In this document: one piece after another, positions 48,845 to 62,500 of the stretch
How the letters are laid out: every line of letters starts with the position of its first letter
Numbering within the stretch: position 1 is the stretch's first letter
NCBI RefSeq assembly: GCF_009914755.1
Contig: NC_060947.1
Length of the DNA: 64,000 nucleotides
Origin: the human T2T-CHM13v2.0 reference genome, Homo sapiens
Reading direction: 5' to 3' (one strand)
Program-made: the position numbers and the translations under genes
Notes under the pieces: generated by a model
Databases searched by the model: none
What the model saw: the letters and a program-made list of their open reading frames with translations, nothing else
Told to the model about the DNA's origin: nothing

Positions 48845-49069
48845 AGGGATCACTGGCAAACTTCTTCTGTAAAATGCCAGATAGTAAATATTTTAGGCTT
48901 CATAGGCCAAAAGGTCTCTGTTGGAAGAATACAACTCTGCTCTTTTAGCAGGAAAACAGCTATAGATATCAGGTAAGCAAATGAACATGGTTATGTTCTG
49001 TTACAACTTTACTTAAAAATGAGGCAGCAGACTTGATTTGATCCATAGGCTATAATTTGCTGATTCCTG
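48845..49069 (-). mobile_element. MER58A (hAT-Charlie)
   Basis: GGCAAACTT.TTCTGTAAA..GCCAGATAGTAAATATTTTAGGCTT...TTTGCTGATTCCTG. Confidence 0.85.
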
Positions 49070-49190
49070 TTCAAGAAACCAAACAAATAAACTGTTTCCA
49101 GGAGGAAAGAATTATTGATTGTATCAACTTCTGCTTATTTGTCAAAGGTGAAACTGAGGAATTGACCATTAGATTTAACAGCTTGGTAGC

Positions 49191-49603
49191 TGTATTAGTC
49201 CATTCTCACACTGTTATAAAGAAATACCTGAGACTGGGTAATTTACAAAGAAAAAAGGTTTAATTGGTTCACAGTTCTGCAGGCTGTACAGGAAGCATAG
49301 CAGCTTCTGCTTCTGGGGAGGCCTCAGGAAGCTTATAATCATGGCAGAAGGCAAGGGCAAACAAGGTTGTCTTACATGGCCAGAGCAGGAGCAAGAGAGA
49401 GAGTGGGGAGGAGCCACACACTTTTAAACAACCAGATCTCATAAGAACTCACTCACTATACAGTACCAAGAGGGGATGGTGGTAACCCATTCATGAGAAC
49501 TCTGCCCCATGATCCAGTCAACTTCCACCAGGCCCGACCTCCAACACCGGGGGTTACAATTGAACATGAGATTTATGTGAGGACACAGATCCAAACCATA
49601 TCA
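49191..49603 (-). mobile_element. MSTA solo LTR (ERVL-MaLR)
   Basis: TGTATTAGTCCATTCTCACACTG...GGACACAGATCCAAACCATATCA; 5-bp TSD GTAGC/GCAGC. Confidence 0.9.
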
Positions 49604-49720
49604 GCAGCCTTTAGTGACCTTGATGAGTAGTTTCAAAAGGTGTTGAGAGGAAAGGCAAAATTGAAAGAGGGATTTGGGTTAAGAGAGAATTAAGGAGAGA
49701 AATAAGAGGTAAGAACAAGT

Positions 49721-49982
<262 letters not shown>

Positions 49983-50452
49983 GAGGTAAGAGAACAAGTG
50001 TTAAAAAGTGAACGCGTTTCAGTTTCACATTTGAGGGGAACAAAGAAATGGAGCTGAAACTGTAAGTGGGAAATACGGTCAAGAGAGGATGTTTTTAAGA
50101 TGGGAAAATAATAGCGTAGAATACACACAGGAATGACCCAGAAGAGAGGAAGAAATTGGTGATGCAGGAGAGAGTGGAGCTAATTGCTGGAGCCATGTCC
50201 TTGAGTAGGTGAGAGGGAATGAGATCTAGAGCACACAGGGTGGGGTCCGTCATCGGAACAAAGACTGGTGATCCACAGTGTTGGTCACCAACGCAGGCCC
50301 ATGGGAAGATATGTTGACATGAGGCTAGGGAGCAACTGTTTACTGATTGCTTCAATTTTCTCAGATAAATGAGAAACAAGGTCATTGACTGAGAGTGGGG
50401 AAGGAGGTGTTGGAGGTGTGAGGAAAGGGGAGAGAATAAAATAGCCATTCAG

Positions 50453-50630
50453 ACTGGAGGTTCTCAAACGTTGCTACATACTAAAATGACCTCAGAGAGC
50501 ATTTAAAAATTCCAAAGGCCAGATTGTAACCAAGACAACTTTACTCAGAATTTTGGGGTGATGCCTTGCTTTAGTACTTTTTAAAGATTCCCCAATATTC
50601 AGGTAAATTTGAGATTGAGTAAGATTACTG
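50453..50630. mobile_element. MER5 (A/B) hAT-Charlie fossil
   Basis: GGTTCTCAAAC.TTGCT.CA.A.TA.AAT.ACCT...TTTAAAAAT.CC...TTTTTAAAG.TTCCCCA. Confidence 0.6.
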
Positions 50631-52819
50631 AGTCATACTAGGAGCCAACTTGAATCTAGTGTTCATGAATTCAAAATGTGACTAGTCAGATTATGTGTTT
50701 TCCTCCAGAAGTTTCCATAGCATGAGAGTGAACAGTGAATGAGTGGAGAGTTGGTGGTAACCGGGGTTTAAGATTTATCAAGTGGGCACCAGATTTGAGA
50801 GGGAGCAGAGCAATTTAAAGATGTATTCAAAAAAGTGTTTACAATACACTGTAGAGTTTATGCTTGATAAAAAGAGAAGTGATGCCACGAAGGGCATAAG
50901 GAATAGTGAAAAGCCAGTAGAATGAATGCATTGGAGGGCCTGGTAATATCAAAGTGTTGTTGGAATGGGGTACTAGATGGAATCATCTGGAGACTTAGAA
51001 GGTGGAGGTCAGAAAGTGTGATGTTTATAACTGAGTTTCTAACAACATCTATCGTATGACCACAGAACCAAGTGGCCAAGGCAGGGTGGAGGACAAGGTC
51101 TCTGGAGTCAAAAAGTTCAGTGAATTACTAGGGCAAGATGGTGAGAGAATTGTTTTCAACAGACATTTAAAGTACCAGAAGTTATGACAAGCATCATATG
51201 TTGGAGAGGGTAACAGTTAGGCAGGAGCTAAAATCTTCAGGTAGTGAGGGAATGATACCACCCATACTTAGATAGCTCCTCATTTTCCTACTTTCACAGA
51301 TACTGATTCCATCTTTAGACATTTTGAACAATGCAACAATGTTAATTTTCTTATACTTTGTTCAATATACTTTCATGTGTAGTCAGGTACTAGCGTTTTC
51401 CTTTTTGCCCCGTTTTATTCTGGTTATTAGTAATTCACTAGTTTCTAAAGCTAATTGTATCATCATTGCTTTTTACACTTGAAATATCCAGTCACTATTT
51501 GTGCAGAGCCAATTCAATTTTTCTTCTTGAAAGAATATAACTCTTAGCTACAAGAATGGTCCAGCAATGGTAATAGAATTATTCTCCATGGAGAATACCT
51601 TTTTGCTTCTCTAGCTCTCCCTTTTAACATTAGCCTTAATCTGATAGCAAAATCAGCAGTCCTAAAACAAAAGGAAAAATAATGATGTTTCTGAAAAGAG
51701 AGAGTCAGAAGAATTACCAGCACACTGAATATGTATTTCAGTCTCTTGTGTAACAAGTTTGTTGTTGTGATGGTTGTTTTTTGTTTTCCCTTTGGCAATG
51801 GCAATGTATTCTGGGGAAAAAATGCAGTATGTTGATTTTTTAAAAAGCCTATTAAAAATTTCCAAAGATAAAAATGCCTGAAGCCCTTAATTTACCACAT
51901 GAAATTGTAAATGATCCCCAGTGGTGGAGTTCTCTGTGATGCAAGTTCATCATAGTTGACTGATGGATATTTTCAGATCATTCCTGAAGTTGTAGTGCAT
52001 TTGAACAATGAGTATTGTAGGTATAGTGTAGAAATGTTCATCTTTCTATGACTGAGATGGCAGAGCCTTTTAGCTAAGACTCAGTGTGATTTATTACCTC
52101 TATCTACATCAATCACCAAACATGCAAATCATCTTGACTCTCAGGAGAGCCATGACTCATTCACTGATATAGAATGTTTCTCCGTCACTTGGCTGGAGCT
52201 CTCTTCTCTCACCTCCAGTGTTTTACACAGTCTGTTTCACAAATGTGAACAAACTGATTTCTCTGCCATCCCAGTTTTCTCATCTCTTCAAATTGATGGT
52301 TTTTTCCAGCACATCTTTACTGATTAAGCTAGATCATATTCCCACTCCATTAAATCTTACTGACCATTCTTACCTGCTCATATTTATATATCAAGTCAAA
52401 CGTCTGTTAACGTGTGAAGTTTATTATAATCAGTCTGTGTTCTCTGTTTAAATTATCCTACCTCATTTTTATATTAATTTCTTACATAATTCTTTTGTCA
52501 AACATGTATAACTTGGAGTTGAAATAGCCTTGTGTAAATCTTGAATCTTACTCCCCGCACCTTCTGCCACATTGTCCATTTATGATGCTTGTAATTAGTT
52601 TGTAGATTTGACTTTTTAAGTGAAATATTCCAGAGCAAGAGTTTTCTGTCAAGAGGGAGTTTGCAGTTAGGTTGAGGACAAATGCATATATGGGTCACCT
52701 GGCTAATTTTTTTTTATTTTGTACAGCATATACATTCCTTATTTCTAGCCTACTTCCACAAACAAGTCTGTTAAGGCTCAAGGGTCAAGTATCTCAAATC
52801 TGATAAAATATTATGCTTA

Positions 52820-53150
<331 letters not shown>

Positions 53151-54329
53151 ATTCTGCTTAGTCCCATGCTGTAGGTAGAATGACTCTGGCTTTTAATGGC
53201 CTGCCTTGATAAGAGGTCAGGTGCACTTTCTCACACATCATGCCATGTCCCTCAAAGGAGGACTCCTTATTAACATTGATACTAAATAACTGATAAGCTA
53301 ATCATGGAGTTTAACTTAATACACCTGAAAACGATCCTAAAATGATCTAAAAATCTCCTGGGTTTTTTTCTTTTCACAGAGAAGGAAATTGAAACAGTCC
53401 TCTTTCAGGACCCCTGAACCAATATTTTTTCTATTATGCCATACTACCTCTAAAATAATTGTTTGCTAATAGCCAGCTATATGCAAAGAAATATATTAAG
53501 GCATTAAAAATGTTTGAAGATATGATTTATTCCTCAAGGCCCTTAACATCCCTTTGGCAAGATAATGCAAACTACCTGTGCCTCTCTTACACTTCTTAGC
53601 AAGATATCTGTATTTTGTGATGGTCTATATTGTGTTTTCTTCTCTTCTCCTCCCAGCCTTGTCTTCCTGTTTACCATCTGAATGTGGTAAAAATGCAGAT
53701 CTACCTTTCTTCCCAATGCTGAAATAGGGCCTGGCTCATAGTTGGCATTCACGGCAGTTAGGAGAAGGACTGAAGAGAAGCCTGCACTTTCTCGTTTTTG
53801 TACATGCTCTGCACAAATCCTGAAGTATCCTAACTCAACCCCTAATTATCCCCAGCTCTTTAAGCCCTACTTATCTCCCTTTAACCTTTGCCTGCCTCAC
53901 TGTTCATACCCCCTCTCCCATCGCTGCTTTTGGGTTTGCATCTACCTCCTGTCCCTGTTTTATCCTATTGTATTTATGCATATGAGTATTAAAATCTTAA
54001 AATATACCAGTACCTTAAATAAGAACTGAGGGATAAAGCAGATATCCCTCCAATTTGAGGGTACTTTTTTTCTATTTTATTCTCCAGAACTGATCAGTGC
54101 CACAAAATATGATGAGAGAGCAAGGTGTCTGTTTTCTCTTTCAGTTTCATTGTTCTAAAGACAACACTTTCAGTGTAGGTGCTGTGTATCCATTGCCTGT
54201 TTGAATTTACAGTTGTTTTCCAGTGGTGCTGCCTAACTCTTTGCTAATATCTATATTTGACATTAGGTCATCTGGGCAGCTTGCTGTAATCATCTGTGAG
54301 AAAGCTCCTCTGGAACCCACCAATGGGCA

Positions 54330-54480
54330 CTAGAATCAAAACTTTGGTTCAGTCTTATAATTTCCTCATTTATAATGTGGGGATAATTATAGTACCTTCC
54401 TTGTGGAGTTCTTGTGAGGATTAACTGAGTCATTGAATGTAAAGCACTTAGAATACGGGAAGCACTCAGTAAATATTGTT
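54330..54480 (+). mobile_element. MIR SINE
   Basis: TTTCCTCATTTATAATGTGGGGATAAT.ATAGTACCT...GTTCTTGTGAGGATTAA.TGAG...TGTAAAGCACTTAGAA. Confidence 0.75.
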
Positions 54481-54846
54481 CATATGGCGCTCTTCAGTAG
54501 CCAAAATATAACACCACACTATTTGCATTTAGTACCTTTCTGTTGTGGAAGCTTCTATTCAAACAAGGGTATGTATTTCATTTATTTTTAACGTTTTGCT
54601 TTTGAGAAAGCTTGAGATATATTTCATAGTTGCCTACAGGCAAAGGGAGACACCAATAAATTGAATTCTGCATCCTGGATCATAAGGTAAGTGCCGAATC
54701 TGACCACAGGATCAGTGCTTCTGCCACTAAACCCGAGTATCATCAACCTTACTGGTTCTTTGCTTAGATACTCTTGTCCAAAGTTCTTAAACGTATCAGC
54801 AATACCATCATGCATCTTTCTTTTATTATTATTTTTATTTAAATAA

Positions 54847-54967
54847 AAAGCCTACAGCACCCGGTATTCCCAGGCACTCTCCCATTCAAGTACTAACCAG
54901 GCCCAACCCTGCTTAGCTTCTGAGATCAGATGAGACCAGCCATGTTCAGAGTGGTATGGCCATAGAC
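54847..54967 (-). pseudogene. RNA5SP: Full-length 5S rRNA retropseudogene
   Basis: 121 bp, about 13 differences from human 5S (many at CpG); A-rich tail on the minus strand (54823-54840); 15-bp TSD TCATG[C/A]ATC[T/A]TTCTT at 54808-54822 / 54968-54982 with an L1-endonuclease-type TTCTT/AA site. Confidence 0.96.
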
Positions 54968-56073
54968 TCATGAATCATTCTTAACTAGAGAGCAATACAT
55001 TTTAGCTAGGAAAACTCCTGCATTCAACTATAATTTCATATAATGTAAATATGTTTTAACTATATTAAATAACTTCTCCAAATATGAAACACACATATAT
55101 ATCATTTGGTCTAGATGGATCCTTGACTGTAATTTACTTTGCTGAAGTGTCCATCTCTCTATCCACATTTGGATTATTTAAATTACTTGGAGAGCCAAGG
55201 TGGCTCCCAGACTAAAATTTCCCCAATTGTCCTTCCACTGCTACTTGTTCATGTAGGAAATTTCTCCATCCTGTACACAGACATCAGAGTACTCTACTCC
55301 AAAGAGGCCCTAGGATTTTTATCTCTTCCCCTTTCCCAGTCCTTCTGACAACTCTCCCTCCACTGTTTAAAGCAGTATTAAAATTATCCAAATGTTCATC
55401 ATTGCCTCTTTCTACTTTCAATATTCCTCTAGCAGTGCCACTAATCTAAAGCATATGCTGATTTCTCTTCCCTCATGAATTATGATTTATAATGGATTAG
55501 CATGAGCCTAGGAACAATGTACTTCCTCTTGTCCCAGACATGTTTAGAGCTTTCCAATTTACGCTAACATTGGAGTTTGTCATGGGGGCATTTTTGCCCA
55601 TCTATTTTTATTATATTTTAGTCAATACTGTGTTATATTTCCATATCATATTATTCTGATATAAACAAAAATCACAAGGTAAAATACAAGTATTCATTAT
55701 TTTCTTAGTATTTATCTTATCCACTGAGTAGCTTTGACTATACTTAAAAAAATTCTCAGCTTATTTAATAGATTAAAAATTATAATCTGTAATGAATTAA
55801 TTGGAAATAACCAATTAATATAGTGAGGGAATGAAAGTATGTCACAAAAATCTTTCTGAAAATGTTTCAACGACATAAGTACAAACAACTCTGAGAAGTA
55901 CAAACAACTACAGAGAAGGCATAACAAATATGTCATGATTGTCAATATTTTAAATTCACCACTTCAGGTAGGACAAAGGATGTTAAAATATTTTTCTTTG
56001 AATATTTAATATCACTAATAGGACCAAAAACATTGGAATAGCATGTGTGTGACATAAGCTCAAAGTTCTAGAG

Positions 56074-56299
56074 CAGTGCTATTCAATAGAATTTTCTGCA
56101 GTAATGGAAATTTTCAATATCTGCACTTTCCAATATGGAAGCAACTAGCTACATGTGGCCATTGAGCACCAGAAATGTGGTTAGTGTAACTGACCTGATG
56201 CTGAATTTTAAATTGTCTATAAATTTTATTTTAATTAAATTATAAATTTAATGATAAATAGCTACATGGGGCTATTTGTCTGCAATATTGGATGAACAG
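56074..56299 (+). mobile_element. MER3 (hAT-Charlie)
   Basis: CAGTGCT.T.CAATAGAA.TTTCTGC...CTAGCTACATGTGGC.ATTGAGCAC..GAAATGTGG.TAGTG. Confidence 0.85.
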
Positions 56300-57623
56300 T
56301 AAAACTTTAGAGACTTCCAGGCTTCTGTTAAGACTGTAATTCACACAAGGCTGGGTCATCTTGTGGTCACTATTAGGCCAGTGTCACACTACAAAGCAAC
56401 ACAAATCCTACATTAAAACAACCACATAAAACGACCTATAAGAAACTACCACATCACACTGAAAAATAATTTTGATATTTACTGTTTTGCAAGCGTGTCA
56501 AAATATTTAAGGATCCTTTTCACACATCTTTCTCCTTGAAAACCTCTCACTATGCTTCTTCAGTGCTTTCTTCTTGTTTCTCCTCCAAATATTTTCCCCA
56601 AACTTACCTATATATCTCAGGCATCCTTCCTTTCTCTCATCCTCATCTCTTCTCTACACCTTTTAAGATCTGTCTCTTTATCCATTATCCCCACACATCA
56701 ACAGGTCCCTGACCATGCACACTAAACACAAAATCCTCATCCCCAGAGAAGAGACTTGCTATCCGTCACAAGAATAAATATTTGTAAAGGCTAAATTGGG
56801 GGCTATATATTAGAATCATTTCTAGATGTCACCCTTTTTTCATCCTCTAGGCAAGATTATTTCTAATACGAATTTCATGAGGCCTCTAGAGTTTAAGAAA
56901 AAAGCTAATGCTTATTGAATGCTTTGAGTAGTAGGAGCACCTCAAGGCAATAAGAACATCTCAAGGTCTCTTCCACCTCTTTGATCTGATGAAAAATTGA
57001 ATAATAAATATAAACTGGGTATGATACAAACCAATGAGCAAATCACTTTTTATGTAAAAGTAATTAACAGGGGAAAAGATTTAAAAAGGATGCCCTTCAT
57101 CTTCCCTAGATTGGGAGCTTATCCTTTAGACTTTAGGTTTTGTTCATTTGGGATACAGTCAACAAATATTTGTTGAGCCTTGACTGAGTGTTAGGCAGTT
57201 TTAAAATTATTTTATTTGTATTGGTAATAAAAACATGGTGGTCCTTGCCCATATAGAGCTTACAAATGTTAAAGGAGGCAGAGAGAAAACAAGAAAATCT
57301 ATAACCTAAATATAAAATTATCAATTGTGATCACTGTAATTAAGAAATTGATGGGGTTGAATAATAGAATAGCAGGATGGGAATGCCATACTAACGCATG
57401 GCCATTAGAAACTAAGTGATCCTACATAACACATGTGCACAGAGATGTTCTTTATGGTTTCATAGATTTGATGTTAGTGTAACCCATCCTTTTACATGTT
57501 ATATGTTGCCATCCTTAAATGGTCTTTGGTAAACCACATCTGAATTTTTGATTAGCAAATGTGAAATAAAGACTTCAGCTTATTCCGTGTAGGTGCTGAA
57601 TACCAATTAACAATTCAGTATGA

Positions 57624-57955
<332 letters not shown>

Positions 57956-59504
57956 CCTAACGAGCACATTTTTTAAAAGGTTGTCCATTTTATGAAAATG
58001 AGTAGAAATCGAAAAATGCAGTGCTGATAATGCTAAGAAGGATAGACTCATGGAGATTATTATGCATATTGTATTAGCATCAGGTGGCTGTAAATGCATT
58101 AGATATAAGCTGGTAGATGGTGGGCTACATGAGGAAGAAAAATAAAATCAAAGAAGACATAAAACTTGCTGACACTACAACAACCTCAAAGTTGTGCCTA
58201 AAAGATGAGATTTAATCGAGTATTTTTAAAAACTAGATGCTAGATCTTATGGAATAGAAACTTGTTTCCTATCATGTAAGTCTATTAAAATTTTTCCCAT
58301 TAAGAATTTATTTAAAAATTCGTAACTGCATTATGTAGAAATTACATGGAATATGTCTTATACTTTGTCTTTTCCCCAAAAGTGTTATTTCTTCCCATTT
58401 TATACCTAATAGAGTAGAGGTTAAGTAAATGGAGGAACATAATAGAACTAGAAAGTTGCATAGATAGGATTAAAATGTAGAATGTTTTGGCTTCAAAGTC
58501 TCTGTTCTTTCTAGTTCATGACTTCTTTATAAAAATATATTTATCAGTGTTTTTGGTTGGATCATCACAAAAGTGGGTTCTTCCTTCACTTGTGTAGACA
58601 GAAATAAAGAGTGAAATTATAACATACAAGGGAGTAATTTGAAACATGCTCATTTTTCTTGCTGTTGTCGAAAATGAGTATTTTATATTGTTTTCTTTTT
58701 AAAACACAATTTGCTCCCCTGCACAGAAAAATATACCCGTTTTTCTTTAGAAATTTACTAAATTTTTAATTTGCTAATCCCAAGGGAAGGATTATTTTCT
58801 TAGGATTAAGTATAGTCAATTGGTATTATGATGTTGGGAAGTAAAGTGCAGAATTCTATTAAGGACTTAGTGATTTGGATTTGTCAAAGAAGAGCCACTC
58901 CGTGATGTAATTTGCATGGTCATATATATATGCAAAGTTCTGTTTCAGCTTGGAGACTTTATCTTTGAATTTTCACTGAGAAGATATTGGCTTATTCCTA
59001 TTTTAGAATCTGTTTAGCCATGACTCTGGACACACATGTATAGAAAGAGTAACTCCTTTGTACATGTGCTTTTGAAATATTGCCTATGATCGGTGCCTCC
59101 TTAGGGAAAGTGAGTTTTTTGTTAAGAGTCTGAAAGTCTATTTAGGAAAGTTGTTTTCAAAGAGTGTCCTGAAGGTTACTTGGTCTGACTTAACAGCAAA
59201 GTCAATTTAACAGTAGTCTGCCTTGCAGAATCCTGAATCTATCAGAGATTGAGTTCTCCATGCTGTGTGGGAAAATTATACTGGCTGATTTTGGGAGAAG
59301 TTACTGTGGGAACACATTTTGGCACATTTCTGCTGAAGCCAGAAACCTGAATGCTTTGTTCTTTGTGAGGTATCAAAAATAAAAATTCCTGAAATTCTGA
59401 CATCCTGCCTGCTCCCTTATCTGGGTTAAATGCTGTGGTAAACTTCTCTTTTGGTTGAAATATTTAAAAAGGAAAGCAATACATATGAACAGACACATAT
59501 TTAT

Positions 59505-59532
59505 ACACACACACACACATACACACACACAC
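59505..59532. repeat. (CA)n microsatellite
   Basis: Read directly; one TA interruption. Confidence 0.85.
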
Positions 59533-62500
59533 TTGCATTTCTTTACTTGAACTATCTTGTTGAATCCTAATTACTAAACTCACATACTGCTTCTTCCCAG
59601 GGAATATAGAATATTACTGTTATCAAGATACGCCACACCTATCCTCATTGGCGACCTACCCCCTCAATTCTCCTTGCTGGTTTATTGGATTAAAATAGAG
59701 AAGCAGAAATCTTATGTAGGAGGAATATGTTGACAAATGGTGGGTTTTGTCTTGATAATTTCACCAAATATGTGAATTGACTTTGTCAGTCATTAAAGTA
59801 AGTGTGCTGAATGCCCTCTGTGTGTGTATCAGGATAAGTGGTCTAATCAAGTTCAAATGTTCTGTGTCTATTTGGCTCAGCTTAATTAAAATTCAGCCCT
59901 GCTTTTGAGCAAGCCACAGTGGGTTGGCAGACCTTCAAAGGGCTATATTGCAGCAAACAATAAAAGTGATAAAGGCACACAATAGCAATCAATACAATGC
60001 AAATGCCCCTGTTACTCAAAAATCCAGTGGAAAGTGATTGCTTGAAACATGCTTATCCACTTCTCATCATAAAATTAAAGTTTTTGCATCACTTTATTTG
60101 TAAGTTTGCCTACACTCTCCTTGTCAATGGGCTTGCTTTTTTTTTTAACTACGAATGGAGTGAAAGAAAATGATAGTAAGATAAATCAGCTCAATACAAA
60201 TCAAATACTGTTTAAATTTTTACAGCTTTTGTTTTATTTGTTACACATATGGGTGAAAACTTACTCAAAGGATTTTTACCTGTATGAGGAAGACAGCCGT
60301 AATTCATCCTCCATTCATTTGTAGTGGAGGTGGTATATTCTTGGTGATCATCCTTTTTTTTTCTTCCAGTCCACTGTTTTTGGCTGGCTGCCATGGTCCC
60401 AGATTTTCTCACAAACTGCCATCTGGCATTCTTGCTGTCCCTCACATATAGCTTTGTCAGGACCTCCTCCAAGCAGGCTGGAGAATTTCACAGCTTGGGG
60501 GCATGGGAGTATACACGAAGTTGCAGCCACTTCAGGGTTGATTTCTCACCTACAACCCACATATCTGTCACTGCTAGATGTTTAGTGGAAAGAGCTGCTA
60601 GGGCACTGGAGATTAGGGGACCTGGAAAGAAGTACCCACTCACCTCTGATGAGCTGTATTTTTAGTCACTCTGTATTTGAAGAATAGAGATTTTTAAAAC
60701 CTGATCTCTGTATTTTACATAATCATCGTGGAACATCACTGTGGGTAAATTATTATGAAAGATACTTCTAGAAATTCAAGATGGAGATATTGATATTACA
60801 ATATCTCTTATAGCACACATGATTGTTGTATCATCTCAAAGTTTTCAATGAATGCTTTTATCTGTAAGCATTCATTGTAAGACTGAATCTGTATATATAA
60901 TTCCACAATGTAACTAAAATATAAGAGAAGGAAAGTTTCACATCTCATCCAAGATAGGTACATGAGGCCACCAATTGCAGAACTCTAGAAGTATTTTTGT
61001 TACAGTTTTTCAACCCAGTGAAACACTATCTCTTCTGTGTGTATGCTTTAAGTTTCATTTTGGCTTCTAGGCTTTAATCAAGCACTGAGATAATTATTAT
61101 AAAGGTATGCTTCACCATTGTATTAACTACATCACTGACTTCAATAGCTGAAAGAGAGGCACTGGGATAGCGCCATCACAACTGTTCACAAAATTCTGGC
61201 CAGTGGAACAGCTAGTCACAAGGCCAAGGTTTTGTGAACTGTGTCTATGGCTGTATCTCAGTACATCTCTTATCTTCTGCAGTGGAAGCCAATGCTTCTC
61301 ACTTCTTTTATATTTCATCCATTACCTACTTATTGCCCTTAAATCATCCTAAACTTTGATTGTTTTGTTATTCTGTTAAAACCATAAATGGCAGAAAATA
61401 AATTTGAAAACTAATTATTAACATCAGTAACATGCTCTCTTAACATGCTGAAGAATATCATACTTTCAAGTGAGAGCAGCCAGATCAAGTGTTAATTTTT
61501 GTTTTAGATGCCATGTTAAGATAATAGCTTTTAGAAAAGACGTACACCTCTATTGATACACTGACGCATATACAAGGTTCAATGAAATTCCTACTGTAGA
61601 GTATTGACTGTGACATTTATATTTTGTGTCAAACAATTATATAGATTCTGAATGTCTACGAAGCAAAATTGTAAACACAACTAACATCACTTCTTTCTTA
61701 GATAATTTAATCAAGATTTCCCTGTGAACATAAAATATAGAATAGTTAGTGGTTAATATTTTTGGGAAATTTCCATCATAGTATAATAAATATTTGGGGA
61801 AGACAAACCTATACTTGTAAAGAATAAAATTTTCTTAAAAAGTGTCATGAATATATTGCTCAAATTTATTCTAATATAGTTTATGATAGAAAAATTATTT
61901 CTAGGTAGTTATGTTAAATAGTTACGAAAAATGCCAATGAATGTCAGGTTAAACAAGTTTGCAGTACTTTCAAGACATGGAGTAATTTGGTAAATTATTG
62001 TATTTTAACAACAGATGTATTTTCTGATTTTTTTTTATGTTCTGAATTTTAATGTGCAGAACTTACACTATAGTAACCAAGCAAAAATCTCAAAGGGTAT
62101 TCTTTTTCCAAAGCCAAAAACAAATTAAAAATTAGATGGACCAGTGGCCCCCAGGTCGGCACCCCTACTCTCCAATTGAACAGTTACTTCATTCCTAAGT
62201 GCATGTGACCATAATCTGCTTTGAGCATTATATTCAAACTTTATCAGTCTTTGTTTCAGTCTGTCCAACTTCTGAGCCCAATCCTCCAGCCTTCCTTTGA
62301 GAACATATCTAGAATAAGCTTACCTTGTATTACATCTCAGAAGTTTCTTAAAACTAAATCGGGGATAGTATCATTGGTAAGTAAGCTTTCGTTGATCTGG
62401 ATAGGAGATATCTGCCTGAAATGTGAATTAATCTGAAATCCTTAGACATACTAAATAGTTCTCTATTTCAGTGAAACAGACAAGTATTCACCGATTCTTT

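Noticed and set aside
51580-51597. Perfect 18-bp palindrome TATTCTCCATGGAGAATA
   Set aside because: Chance expectation is appreciable (about 0.25 or more per window in AT-rich DNA) and there is no supporting context.
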